From IMG/VR virus record IMGVR_UViG_3300017991_000098: DNA of 64,000 bases; one strand, given 5' to 3'. The notes under the pieces are model-generated. The model did no database searches, was not told the DNA's origin, and saw only the letters and a program-made list of their open reading frames with translations. Source of the stretch: an uncultured virus (IMG/VR IMGVR_UViG_3300017991_000098). Lineage: Duplodnaviria > Heunggongvirae > Uroviricota > Caudoviricetes. The translations under genes were made by a program, and so were the position numbers. Shown piece after piece: positions 8,320-16,614 of this stretch (position 1 is its first letter; each line of letters begins with the position of its first letter).

Positions 8320-9867
8320 TTACCCAATATTCAACTGTCGACCAGCCTGATCCCTGGCCCCCTTATGGGTTTCACTGGCATTGATGGCGTTGTCCTCGGC
8401 CCAATTCTTCATCTCCTCAAGATCACTGCTTCTGGACTTGGACAAGGGGTTGGTACCTTGAATCGCTGCCAGCACGTCGTCAGATTCCAATTCGCGATCG
8501 TTATGAAATGCGAGAAAAAGACCAGACCGGATGGCTTCTTCAAGCTCTGCGCCACTGAAACCATCGGATTCTTTAACGCATTTCTTGAAATCGAAATTCT
8601 TGGGGTCACGACCATACTTGCCAGCATGAATAGCCAAGATCTCAGCGCGTTCCTCTGGAGAGGGAAGGCCAACGAAGAAGATCTCGTCGAAGCGGCCCTT
8701 GCGCAGAAGCTCAGGCGGCAAGCCTTTCATGCGGTTAACCGTAGCGACAAGGAACACCGGGGCGGTCTTTTCCTGCATCCACGTGATGAAGTTGCCGAAC
8801 ACGCGCTGACTGGTGCCGCCATCCGTACTACCGCTACCGCCCATACCTGCAAATGCCTTATCCATCTCATCGATCCATAACACACATTGACCAACAGCTT
8901 CAACCGTCTGGATAGCACGGCGCAGGTTACTCTCAGACTCACCCACCAAGCCACCAAACACGCGCCCAATGTCGAGTCGAATGAGAGGGACGCCCAGGAT
9001 GTTGCTAGTAGCCTTGGCTGCGAGACTCTTACCACAACCGGGGAGGCCCACAAGCAGGGCACCACGTGGATTGGGGAGGCCGAATTCCCTGGCCTTCTTG
9101 CTGAACGCCTTACTGCGCATCTGCAACCACAATTTGAGGTTCTCCAACCCGCCAATATCATTGATGGTTTCGCTGGTTGGGAAGTATTCGAGGGTCCCTG
9201 ACTTCTTGACGGCAGAAGCCTTCTCAGCCAGAACAAGTTGTGACAGGGAAGTACCCTCGCCCATACTGGCAGCAATAATGATGGCTTTCGAGTACGCATT
9301 TTCGGCCTCGGTCGTGGTAAGGCCCATGGCTGCTTGAATGATCTTATCGCGCTCATCTTCATCAACATTAATGCCGCGCTTCTTAAGACCGGCCTTGTTG
9401 GTTTCGATTACTGCATCCAATGTCTTTGCCAGCGTCTCACGATCTGGCAAATCAAATTCGATGAGTGCAACGTCACGTTCGAGTTCCGGTGGGATCTGCT
9501 TGACGGGACTTATGATGACTATCGTCTTTTGAAGTTGCTTAAAATCGTTAGCAATGTCGCGCATCATGCGCACAGCCCTGACTTGCTTCCACGCAATGTG
9601 GATATCACGGAAGATATAAACAGCAGGACCAGGAAGCTTCTGAATGTGCATGAGGGCCTTGATGGGTTCAGCCATAGATTCGTCATATTGGACTTTCTTC
9701 TTGTCTGCACTAGGCTGATACATACCACGCGAACACGACCAGACGTGGATGTTTGGACGACCAGACTCTGCACAAGCCTTGATGACCTCTTTTTCTGCTC
9801 TGCCCTCTTCGGCAGTCAGCAAATAAATCACGGAATAACCGGCGTTAAAATAGGAAGCCAGATCCAT
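8320..9867 (-). CDS. Ycf46-like AAA+ ATPase
   Basis: DIGGLENLK, Walker A GLPGCGKS, Walker [31 protein letters not shown] before MDLASYF. Confidence 0.9.
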   Translation of the reverse strand: MDLASYFNAGYSVIYLLTAEEGRAEKEVIKACAESGRPNIHVWSCSRGMYQPSADKKKVQYDESMAEPIKALMHIQKLPGPAVYIFRDIHIAWKQVRAVRMMRDIANDFKQLQKTIVIISPVKQIPPELERDVALIEFDLPDRETLAKTLDAVIETNKAGLKKRGINVDEDERDKIIQAAMGLTTTEAENAYSKAIIIAASMGEGTSLSQLVLAEKASAVKKSGTLEYFPTSETINDIGGLENLKLWLQMRSKAFSKKAREFGLPNPRGALLVGLPGCGKSLAAKATSNILGVPLIRLDIGRVFGGLVGESESNLRRAIQTVEAVGQCVLWIDEMDKAFAGMGGSGSTDGGTSQRVFGNFITWMQEKTAPVFLVATVNRMKGLPPELLRKGRFDEIFFVGLPSPEERAEILAIHAGKYGRDPKNFDFKKCVKESDGFSGAELEEAIRSGLFLAFHNDRELESDDVLAAIQGTNPLSKSRSSDLEEMKNWAEDNAINASETHKGARDQAGRQLNIG

Positions 9868-10122
9868 TGTGTTCCTCCTAAAAATGTGACAAAGGGATAT
9901 GCAAGAAAAAGTCACCCTTTCCTAGCAAACCGTGTGCCAGTTCACACATACCGCCAGTTGTATGTCTAGCCTCGACATCTTGTCGCTCTGACATAGAACA
10001 CTTTCTGTGTGACATGTTTTCTTGTAGTTTATATGGGGTTGGTAAACTATTGTGGATGCTCGTAGAGGCTAGTAATTTACCCTCGCTGCTATATAAGCGG
10101 ACAGAAAGACAGGAGGACCAAA

Positions 10123-10347
10123 ATGTCCGTTGAAGTGAAAGAAATAACCGACAACATCGAGAAGACACTAAGCCTCGCAGAAGATGTTGATGATGACGCT
10201 GAACGCTTTGACCCGTCAACAGATAGTGCAGAGATACATGTGCCAACCATGCTTGCTGTCTTGTCGCAACACCTGACAAATCAAGCCATGATTATGGAAA
10301 TACTAGGTGAGATAGAGTCAAACACTCGTATGAGGAGAAGAACATGA
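10123..10347 (+). CDS. Hypothetical protein
   Basis: AGGAGG RBS; ATGA overlap with the next gene. Confidence 0.65.
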   Translation: MSVEVKEITDNIEKTLSLAEDVDDDAERFDPSTDSAEIHVPTMLAVLSQHLTNQAMIMEILGEIESNTRMRRRT

Positions 10348-11108
10348 GCAAGACCCCAAAGCTTCATGAAGTTATTGCGGTAGAAGGTGAACTGGCTGGC
10401 GTGAACAGCCGGATTCTCACCGAGACTGCGGCTACCCTGAGCAAGAAGGAAGACCACTTCCTCGCGTGGCACAAGACCTATGAACCGAAAGACGAAGATG
10501 GGGAGAAGTTCCCGGATGAACACCACGAGATGGTGACCACCGTCCCGGATAAGCTCCAGTACATGTTCAAGCAGGTCGTGCCCTACATCGACGCTGTCCT
10601 GCAAAAGGAGCGCACTAACCAAGACGCCAGAGCCGACCTCGAGGTTGATGGGGTCATGATCGCAGAGGGGCTGCCTGCCACCTTCCTACTCGGCATGGAG
10701 ACCAAACTGAAGGAATGGCGCAAGGTTCTGGACTCCTGCCCCACCCTGGCCCCTGGTAAGTCGTGGCAGAAAGACGAGACAAAGGGTAAGAATGTCTTCG
10801 TCAGTGAGCACGACGACAAGCGCAGCAAGACGCAGAAGACCGTCAACCATAAGGTCATTGTACAGCCGACCGAACACCACCCGGCGCAGGTCGTGGAGTT
10901 CACCGAGAACATCATCGTCGGATGGACCAGTACCAGGAACTGGAGCGGCATGATCACCCCGGCCCAGAAATCTGACATGCTTGGGCGTCTGGACAAGCTT
11001 CTGCGGGCAGTGAAGAAGGCCCGACAGCGTGCTAACAGCACCGACCTCGTCAAGGTTAAGGTGGGTGATGCGATGGCTAACTATATCCTCGGAGATCTCA
11101 TTGCATAA
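10344..11108 (+). CDS. Conserved hypothetical helical protein
   Basis: 254 aa; KLHEVIAVE...KTYEPKDEDGE...LPATFLLGME...LLRAVKKARQRAN; GC3-rich codon usage. Confidence 0.75.
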   Translation: MSKTPKLHEVIAVEGELAGVNSRILTETAATLSKKEDHFLAWHKTYEPKDEDGEKFPDEHHEMVTTVPDKLQYMFKQVVPYIDAVLQKERTNQDARADLEVDGVMIAEGLPATFLLGMETKLKEWRKVLDSCPTLAPGKSWQKDETKGKNVFVSEHDDKRSKTQKTVNHKVIVQPTEHHPAQVVEFTENIIVGWTSTRNWSGMITPAQKSDMLGRLDKLLRAVKKARQRANSTDLVKVKVGDAMANYILGDLIA

Positions 11109-11227
11109 AAAGGTAACTGAAGAAAGTTGCAGTTGCCCGTACTATGGGGCCACCTTCAAACAGTAAAGGTATGGTTGCACATCACCTTGGTTTCGCTTTT
11201 GTGATGATTTTCTCGATACTTGTCTTC

Positions 11228-11281
11228 ATGGGGCCTTTCCATCAGGTCCTTATGGTGAGGAGCAATCGCTCACTAACCAAT
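11228..11281 (+). ncRNA. Conserved leader/scaffold element, copy 4 (opposite orientation)
   Basis: ATGGGGCCTTTCCATCAGGTCCTTATGGTGAGGAGCAATCGCTCACTAACCAAT, almost identical to copy 2. Confidence 0.7.
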
Positions 11282-11371
11282 ATGCGCTCCGCGCACACGT
11301 GGGAAGATGGTTTCGTAAACAGAGCCTGTCGCCCGACGAGATCATGCGCTCCGCGCACGCGTGGGAAGATG
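11282..11371 (+). CRISPR. CRISPR mini-array 4 (2 repeats, one 34-nt spacer)
   Basis: ATGCGCTCCGCGCAC(A/G)CGTGGGAAGATG at 11282-11309 and 11344-11371. Confidence 0.85.
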
Positions 11372-11653
11372 GTGGTGAGCATGAGGTGCGTCATAATCAT
11401 CATGGCAGTGGTTGCGCCATGAGTATTTGATTTTTGTAACTGAGCAGCGTTAGCTTCAGCGTCATAGGTGGAAGTCTGGTCCTACAATCACAGCAGTCCC
11501 ATATGAGAGGGAAGTTGGATTGTGGGTCAAGCCAGACCAAAGCCTCCCGTGCCCGATTGAGGTATGGGGTCAGCGTCATGTACGTCAGCGTATTGCTCAG
11601 ACAGCTTCAGGGAAGCACGCGAACAAGTAGGTAGATTGAAACCCTAGGATAAA

Positions 11654-11748
11654 GCCGAGGTCGTGGGTTCGTGTCCCACCCCGCCATCACCTGGCCCTTT
11701 TGAGTAGAGGACTCGGTGATGGCGGGTAGCTCAGTGGTAGAGCGCGGT
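11654..11748 (+). ncRNA. Circularly permuted tRNA-like domain (YrlA/Y-RNA-like)
   Basis: T-arm GTGGG-TTCGTGT-CCCAC (11663-11679) precedes a closed 12-bp acceptor-like stem CCCGCCATCACC/GGTGATGGCGGG. It is followed by TA and the D-arm GCTC-AGTGGTA-GAGC, and closed by GCCG/CGGT. Confidence 0.7.
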
Positions 11749-11798
11749 GATTCAGATTGAGGTTTCGACCTTACCGAAAATAGCGATGGGACCCAAGC

Positions 11799-11872
11799 TT
11801 TTCGGTAGCCCAATTGGATGAGGCACTGAGTCTAAAACTCAGTTGATATGGGTTCGATTCCCATACGATGCT
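11799..11872 (+). tRNA. Degenerate tRNA / tRNA-like element (anticodon loop TCTAAAA)
   Basis: TAGCCCAATTGGATGAGGC D-arm, CTGAG/CTCAG anticodon stem, ATGGG-TTCGATT-CCCAT T-arm; acceptor stem poorly paired. Confidence 0.5.
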
Positions 11873-11881
11873 TACAATCGC

Positions 11882-11920
11882 GGGGTGAGGTATTAGGATA
11901 GAATACCTCACCCCATTTTC
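11882..11920 (+). terminator. Perfect 13-bp hairpin, putative terminator
   Basis: GGGGTGAGGTATT-AGGATAG-AATACCTCACCCC followed by ATTTTC. Confidence 0.6.
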
Positions 11921-11933
11921 TAGGACACTCTCC

Positions 11934-12221
11934 TTGAAACGAATCATAACCATACTCAAAACAGATAACGAAAAGGCATATGCTGAGGTTCATGTGGCAT
12001 GGAGTACTATAATAGACCGTGCTTTGCGCGATATGGGCAGAGATGAATTTGTTGATACTATATTGACTGTTCTGAAGCATAAACGAGATGGTTTTGATGA
12101 CGACACCGCCTTTCAACTCAGAATGGTGTCAGACCATAGAGATAGGTTATTGTCTAGAACCGAATTCTTAGAAAAGCAGGTACGAGAACTCCATAACATG
12201 TTAGTGGATAAAAATGGATGA
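11934..12221 (+). CDS. Hypothetical protein
   Basis: 95-aa ORF overlapping the next gene; start uncertain. Confidence 0.5.
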   Translation: MKRIITILKTDNEKAYAEVHVAWSTIIDRALRDMGRDEFVDTILTVLKHKRDGFDDDTAFQLRMVSDHRDRLLSRTEFLEKQVRELHNMLVDKNG

Positions 12222-12633
12222 AAAACTAGAGATACCAGAAAAACTGGTATTATACGCCGTCCGTAATTCTGATGGGCAATGGTTCCGTCGTAAGGGTTAT
12301 GGTGGTTACGGCAAAACTTGGTGCGGTGAATTCCATAAAGCCAGAATATACACAGCCCCCAAGGGTGCTAGGGGCGTGGTAACATGGTTTGCTAGACAAT
12401 ACCCAGACTACCCCCCACCACACCTAGTTGCTTTGCACATTGGTGCCGTTGAGGTCATCGACGAGTCTGATCGACTCAAGAAGGTATTCGTTGATCACGT
12501 AACACAAAAAGCCAGAAGAGATGCTAGGCACAAGCAAATGCTGCTGCATCAGGCCCAGTTGGATCTAGATGAGGCTCAACGTAGGATCGAGGAGCTGAAC
12601 GTAGATGAAAATGACGGTTGCTGCGAACATTAG
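12214..12633 (+). CDS. Hypothetical protein
   Basis: 139-aa ORF in a + strand run. Confidence 0.65.
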   Translation: MDEKLEIPEKLVLYAVRNSDGQWFRRKGYGGYGKTWCGEFHKARIYTAPKGARGVVTWFARQYPDYPPPHLVALHIGAVEVIDESDRLKKVFVDHVTQKARRDARHKQMLLHQAQLDLDEAQRRIEELNVDENDGCCEH

Positions 12634-12666
12634 TAACCAGATGGTGTCATAACCTGCGAGAAACCA

Positions 12667-13062
12667 ATGGACAGAAAACTTCTCGGGAAACTCATAATTC
12701 AACTGCGACACCTGTTTGAAGGAGGAAAACTGCAGGCACCAGGAACTAGTGCTCATGACATACATCGCATGAGGGTGTGGGGAGAATTTGGTAGGTTCAT
12801 CCTTGGTGAATATGAAATTGTTGAGCCCATCCTACCAACGAACAAATGCGGGTGCTCTTTCTGCATTGAGACATATCCAGCGCTCATGCGGGCCAAAGAA
12901 TACCTCAAACCGGATGATTTTGCAGCTATATCTGATGCCCTAGAGGCATCGATGGTACACGAAAATGACGTGGCCTACTTGAAGGGCAAAAACGAAGAAT
13001 TGCAAGCCGAAATAGATAGACTCAATCTTTCCAAGGAGGAAACCAATGAAGGTAATAGTTAG
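12667..13062 (+). CDS. Hypothetical protein
   Basis: 131-aa ORF. Confidence 0.6.
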   Translation: MDRKLLGKLIIQLRHLFEGGKLQAPGTSAHDIHRMRVWGEFGRFILGEYEIVEPILPTNKCGCSFCIETYPALMRAKEYLKPDDFAAISDALEASMVHENDVAYLKGKNEELQAEIDRLNLSKEETNEGNS

Positions 13063-13339
13063 CTTTGGTGATACAAATCAGGCGATCCGATGGGGTTACA
13101 TCACAAAAGACGATTACGAGAAGCTCAAAGCGTACAAGCAGTCCGAGGGTGATCAGAAGCTACAACTTGATGCCCGTCTAATTGCGGTGTTCCTGGCAGA
13201 TGGTCATATCGTCAGTGCCCAGATGCAACACTTGACCGTAGAACCACCGCTTGCCACCACGAGCATGGCTCAACTCAGTGTGGTGCAACCGGGACCAACA
13301 TTTGAAGATCCAGAGGATGATGAGGACGACGGATCATGA
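13046..13339 (+). CDS. Hypothetical protein
   Basis: AAGGAGG RBS; 97 aa. Confidence 0.6.
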   Translation: MKVIVSFGDTNQAIRWGYITKDDYEKLKAYKQSEGDQKLQLDARLIAVFLADGHIVSAQMQHLTVEPPLATTSMAQLSVVQPGPTFEDPEDDEDDGS

Positions 13340-13348
13340 AGGCATAAT

Positions 13349-14101
13349 TTATAGCGTGTGCCCGGTCCTCAGATGCACCCTGTAACCAGCCCTCTCAGCG
13401 ACATTCTTGAACTCTTCGAGCTCTTCCATGGTGTACTGCTTGAAACCAGCCTTTTCTGAGTTTAAGACATCTGTTGGTTCGTACTGCTGCAGAATCCATA
13501 ATCCAGCGGGGTGCAACCACCCAGCCATCTGTTCGAATGTATTAATGTCTATATATTTGGGACACAAAGTGGTGTGATATTCTACTTCTATGCCTCTATG
13601 TGGGGCGATTTCTGCCAAATGAAAGCTACCCCACACATCATGAACCAGAGTTGCTTCTGATCGACCAGCCATATCATATAACCTCATGTCGATGGGAACT
13701 TTGAAGTCCAAACTCAGGCAATCCAGTAATCCTTCACTCATCATCTGCTCAATCACAGTCGGTCTGGAACCATTGGTGTGAAGTTTTATCTTCACCTTCT
13801 TTTTCTTCACCTCGCGTGCGAATTTAATTAATCCTGGTTGTAGGGTTGGTTCTCCTCCAGATATCACGACACCATTAATCCACCCCTGCTGGCGCTCCAA
13901 TAGTGATAGTACTGTGTCAGGATCGATTTTATCCATGGTCCTAATACCGTCTGCTTTTACAAACCGCCAGCTATGGCAGTATGGGCATCTCCAATTGCAA
14001 CCAGCCGTTACAACTACGGCTGCTACTTTGCCGTCCCACTCAATTAGGCTGTTAGTGATGAGTTGTCTTATATCAATATCAATCTCGTTTTGGGTGTGCA
14101 T
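13349..14101 (-). CDS. nrdG: Radical SAM protein, anaerobic ribonucleotide reductase activase-like
   Basis: SLIEWDGK..AVV.TAGCNWRCPYCH, GVVISGGEPTLQ, KLHTNGS. Confidence 0.8.
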   Translation of the reverse strand: MHTQNEIDIDIRQLITNSLIEWDGKVAAVVVTAGCNWRCPYCHSWRFVKADGIRTMDKIDPDTVLSLLERQQGWINGVVISGGEPTLQPGLIKFAREVKKKKVKIKLHTNGSRPTVIEQMMSEGLLDCLSLDFKVPIDMRLYDMAGRSEATLVHDVWGSFHLAEIAPHRGIEVEYHTTLCPKYIDINTFEQMAGWLHPAGLWILQQYEPTDVLNSEKAGFKQYTMEELEEFKNVAERAGYRVHLRTGHTL

Positions 14102-14627
14102 GCCTGTCCCTTTGAAAAACGCGTTTATCCATCATCTTTTTTATCTCTTCAAACGACACTGGAGTAAAATTCCACCGATCTACCCCAACATCGGTTGATA
14201 GAAGGCCAAGGTCATCAGGCAGCTGACCATGAGAGTGACCATACAATTGCCAACTGCCGTGATGTGACTTATTCCATACCCTCATTGCATAATGACATAG
14301 AACAATGCATTGATTACCTACTCTGATGGTGTCAAGATGCCTGACGGAAGCAAAACCATCAGACTTCGTTACAAACTTGCTATCGTGGTTGCCAACCACC
14401 AAGTGAACTTGGCCATTGAGCTTACGTAGGTAGTTCTCTACCACCCCATCTTTTCTGGTAAAGCAAAAATCACCAAGAACGTGAACAACATCACCGGGTT
14501 TTACAACAGAATTCCAATTTCTGATAATGGTTTCATTCATCTCAGTAACATTGCAAAATGGTCTGTTGCAATACTTGATGATGTTTGTGTGGCCAATATG
14601 TAGATCTGCTGTAAAAAATGTTCTCAT
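14079..14627 (-). CDS. Calcineurin-like metallophosphoesterase
   Basis: ADLHIGH, LGD, GNHD, CHY, YGHSH. Confidence 0.9.
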   Translation of the reverse strand: MRTFFTADLHIGHTNIIKYCNRPFCNVTEMNETIIRNWNSVVKPGDVVHVLGDFCFTRKDGVVENYLRKLNGQVHLVVGNHDSKFVTKSDGFASVRHLDTIRVGNQCIVLCHYAMRVWNKSHHGSWQLYGHSHGQLPDDLGLLSTDVGVDRWNFTPVSFEEIKKMMDKRVFQRDRHAHPKRD

Positions 14628-14655
14628 CTCAATGTCATCATCATCATCATCATCA

Positions 14656-15558
14656 TCATTCCGGATCTGTGTGCACGTCCCTTTTACCGCGCAACATTTC
14701 CGTAGTTACGCGCAAATCAGCACAGGTCCACGCATCCCACAAAAAATCCTTAACATATTGATATGGTAGGTACCCATATCCGCGATCACCCCAACTGGTT
14801 CCCCAGCTGTTCTTAAACTTAACCAGTTTGCGGTTATCATCGTATCCAACAGTGCAGATCGCATGTCCGCCATAAATCTGACTAGGATTTGCTGGATATG
14901 GAACCACGCCGTTCGAACCAACAAAGAAAAACTCGTAGAAACACGGAATGCCAATAGGTACAGGATTATTCACCAGAGCCTTTTTGAGTTCATACATGTT
15001 TGACACTCTGGTATATGATTCAATTAATGACCATCTAGCAACAAGATTGGCCCAAGATTCCGGCTCACCCACATTGACGTCATTATATGGCCATGCTTTT
15101 TCTGTCGGAACACCAACACGGTGTAGGACCTTCATGCCATAACGGATAGAACTACCTTCTTCTCCCGGCCACGGATCTATCTCCTTGCACTTATAATATA
15201 GCCACTGCTCAGACAGATCATACACCTTATCCCCATCACCGCGTTTACCCTCTGCTATCTCCTCAAGATGTTCTTTCTTTTCCTGCCACTCCTTGAGTGC
15301 CGTTACAGCAAAACCAACACAACTACCAAGACGGCCTTGATCCTTTACTGGCGACATGCCATCAGTGTGATCTATAACTGAAGGTAGCATCATGGGGCGC
15401 TCCATCTTAAAGACGAAGTCCCTATTATCAGCTGGGTCTCTGCGTAACGTCAGCGGACGAGCGCCATCAGGTATCTGAAGCATTGGTGCATGTTTGTGCA
15501 TTTCGCAATTATCATCACATTGATGTACGCCATCTCCAACAACACGATCTTCATTCAT
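14656..15558 (-). CDS. Papain-like (C1A) cysteine peptidase
   Basis: DQGRLGSCVGFA, GGHAI, KNSWGTSWGDRGY. Confidence 0.92.
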   Translation of the reverse strand: MNEDRVVGDGVHQCDDNCEMHKHAPMLQIPDGARPLTLRRDPADNRDFVFKMERPMMLPSVIDHTDGMSPVKDQGRLGSCVGFAVTALKEWQEKKEHLEEIAEGKRGDGDKVYDLSEQWLYYKCKEIDPWPGEEGSSIRYGMKVLHRVGVPTEKAWPYNDVNVGEPESWANLVARWSLIESYTRVSNMYELKKALVNNPVPIGIPCFYEFFFVGSNGVVPYPANPSQIYGGHAICTVGYDDNRKLVKFKNSWGTSWGDRGYGYLPYQYVKDFLWDAWTCADLRVTTEMLRGKRDVHTDPE

Positions 15559-15583
15559 ATTTGGTCCTCCTCATACTTTATAT

Positions 15584-15922
15584 TTATGGCGCACCAATTC
15601 TCATCAACACACCACCAGTAAGGAGAAAGCCGACACCGACCCATTGATACGTAGTAAACTTAACGCCCTGGCCAAGTGCTATCATTGTGGCATAATACGT
15701 CACAAGCATTAGTTGATCATAAATGACACCGTCTATAAATAACCTCTTTGATACCCAACTCACCAAGAGCCAAAGTGGGCATAGAGCACCGAATACAGCC
15801 ATTATCCAAAACCAATTGGACTGACCCTTATTAACCTTGACGCTCATCCAATAATAAATAACGTAATAGATAACAACGCCTGGGACCCACCACAAATAGT
15901 GAAAATCAGATTTGGTCATCAC
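15584..15922 (-). CDS. Small multi-pass membrane protein
   Basis: About 4 hydrophobic segments in 112 aa. Confidence 0.65.
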   Translation of the reverse strand: MMTKSDFHYLWWVPGVVIYYVIYYWMSVKVNKGQSNWFWIMAVFGALCPLWLLVSWVSKRLFIDGVIYDQLMLVTYYATMIALGQGVKFTTYQWVGVGFLLTGGVLMRIGAP

Positions 15923-16262
15923 CTTTTTCTTTTTCTAACATATATGTTGTAAATGGATCCATTATAGAAATCCTGTTCTGCTTGAGCATCACCATCAACC
16001 TTCTGGCAATCTCCTTCGCCTTTTTTAGGATTTCGTATGGCTTTTGTGGAAATCTCGGGTAATTTATGAGACCGATCTCTATGCCTGGCTCTTGTCCGTC
16101 TGTATATAAAAAGGTTGTTTGGGTTATTGTGGCACACAACCCCTCTTCGTCACAATATTCTCTGACTGCCAAGATTGGGTTTATCTGGCTGTGTACTGGA
16201 CCATCATATCCCTCGCGCAACCCCACAAAAATCTTGACCCAGTAGGTCTTAGCTTCTTTCAC
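15906..16262 (-). CDS. Conserved phage hypothetical protein
   Basis: YTDGQEPG..IGLINYPRFP motif. Confidence 0.65.
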   Translation of the reverse strand: MKEAKTYWVKIFVGLREGYDGPVHSQINPILAVREYCDEEGLCATITQTTFLYTDGQEPGIEIGLINYPRFPQKPYEILKKAKEIARRLMVMLKQNRISIMDPFTTYMLEKEKGDDQI

Positions 16263-16597
16263 ACCTTGGCCCTCTTAGCGACAACCTGCCCACCACCTTT
16301 GCATTCGGTGCAAACCACTCTATCATAGGGCTCGTCTCTAGTACAACAGCACCCCACGTACTTGAGTGTGGTGCCCTTACCATTGCACTTTGGACATTCT
16401 ACAATGACTCCGTCCTCACCCAGAAACTCTTGCAACTCTTTGATGTACTCAGCACTCACATCCTGCATGCACAATTTGAGTGCTTTGCGGAGGCCTGTCT
16501 TAAACTTAGAATTGGGGCATTTATCCAGCGCCACAAGTAGGTGACCAAGTTCATTTTGAACTGACCAAATCGGATTTTTCCTGAATTCTTCAATCAT
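16259..16597 (-). CDS. Hypothetical protein with DnaJ-type CxxCxGxG zinc finger
   Basis: CPKCNGKG and CTECKGGG. Confidence 0.65.
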   Translation of the reverse strand: MIEEFRKNPIWSVQNELGHLLVALDKCPNSKFKTGLRKALKLCMQDVSAEYIKELQEFLGEDGVIVECPKCNGKGTTLKYVGCCCTRDEPYDRVVCTECKGGGQVVAKRAKV

Positions 16598-16614
16598 ATC
16601 ATCCCATCATTTTG

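Noticed and set aside
11654..11748. Two-piece (permuted) tmRNA
   Set aside because: It lacks the Ala-type acceptor with G3-U70 and an internal CCA, and has a full D-stem that tmRNA does not; no tag ORF was recognised.
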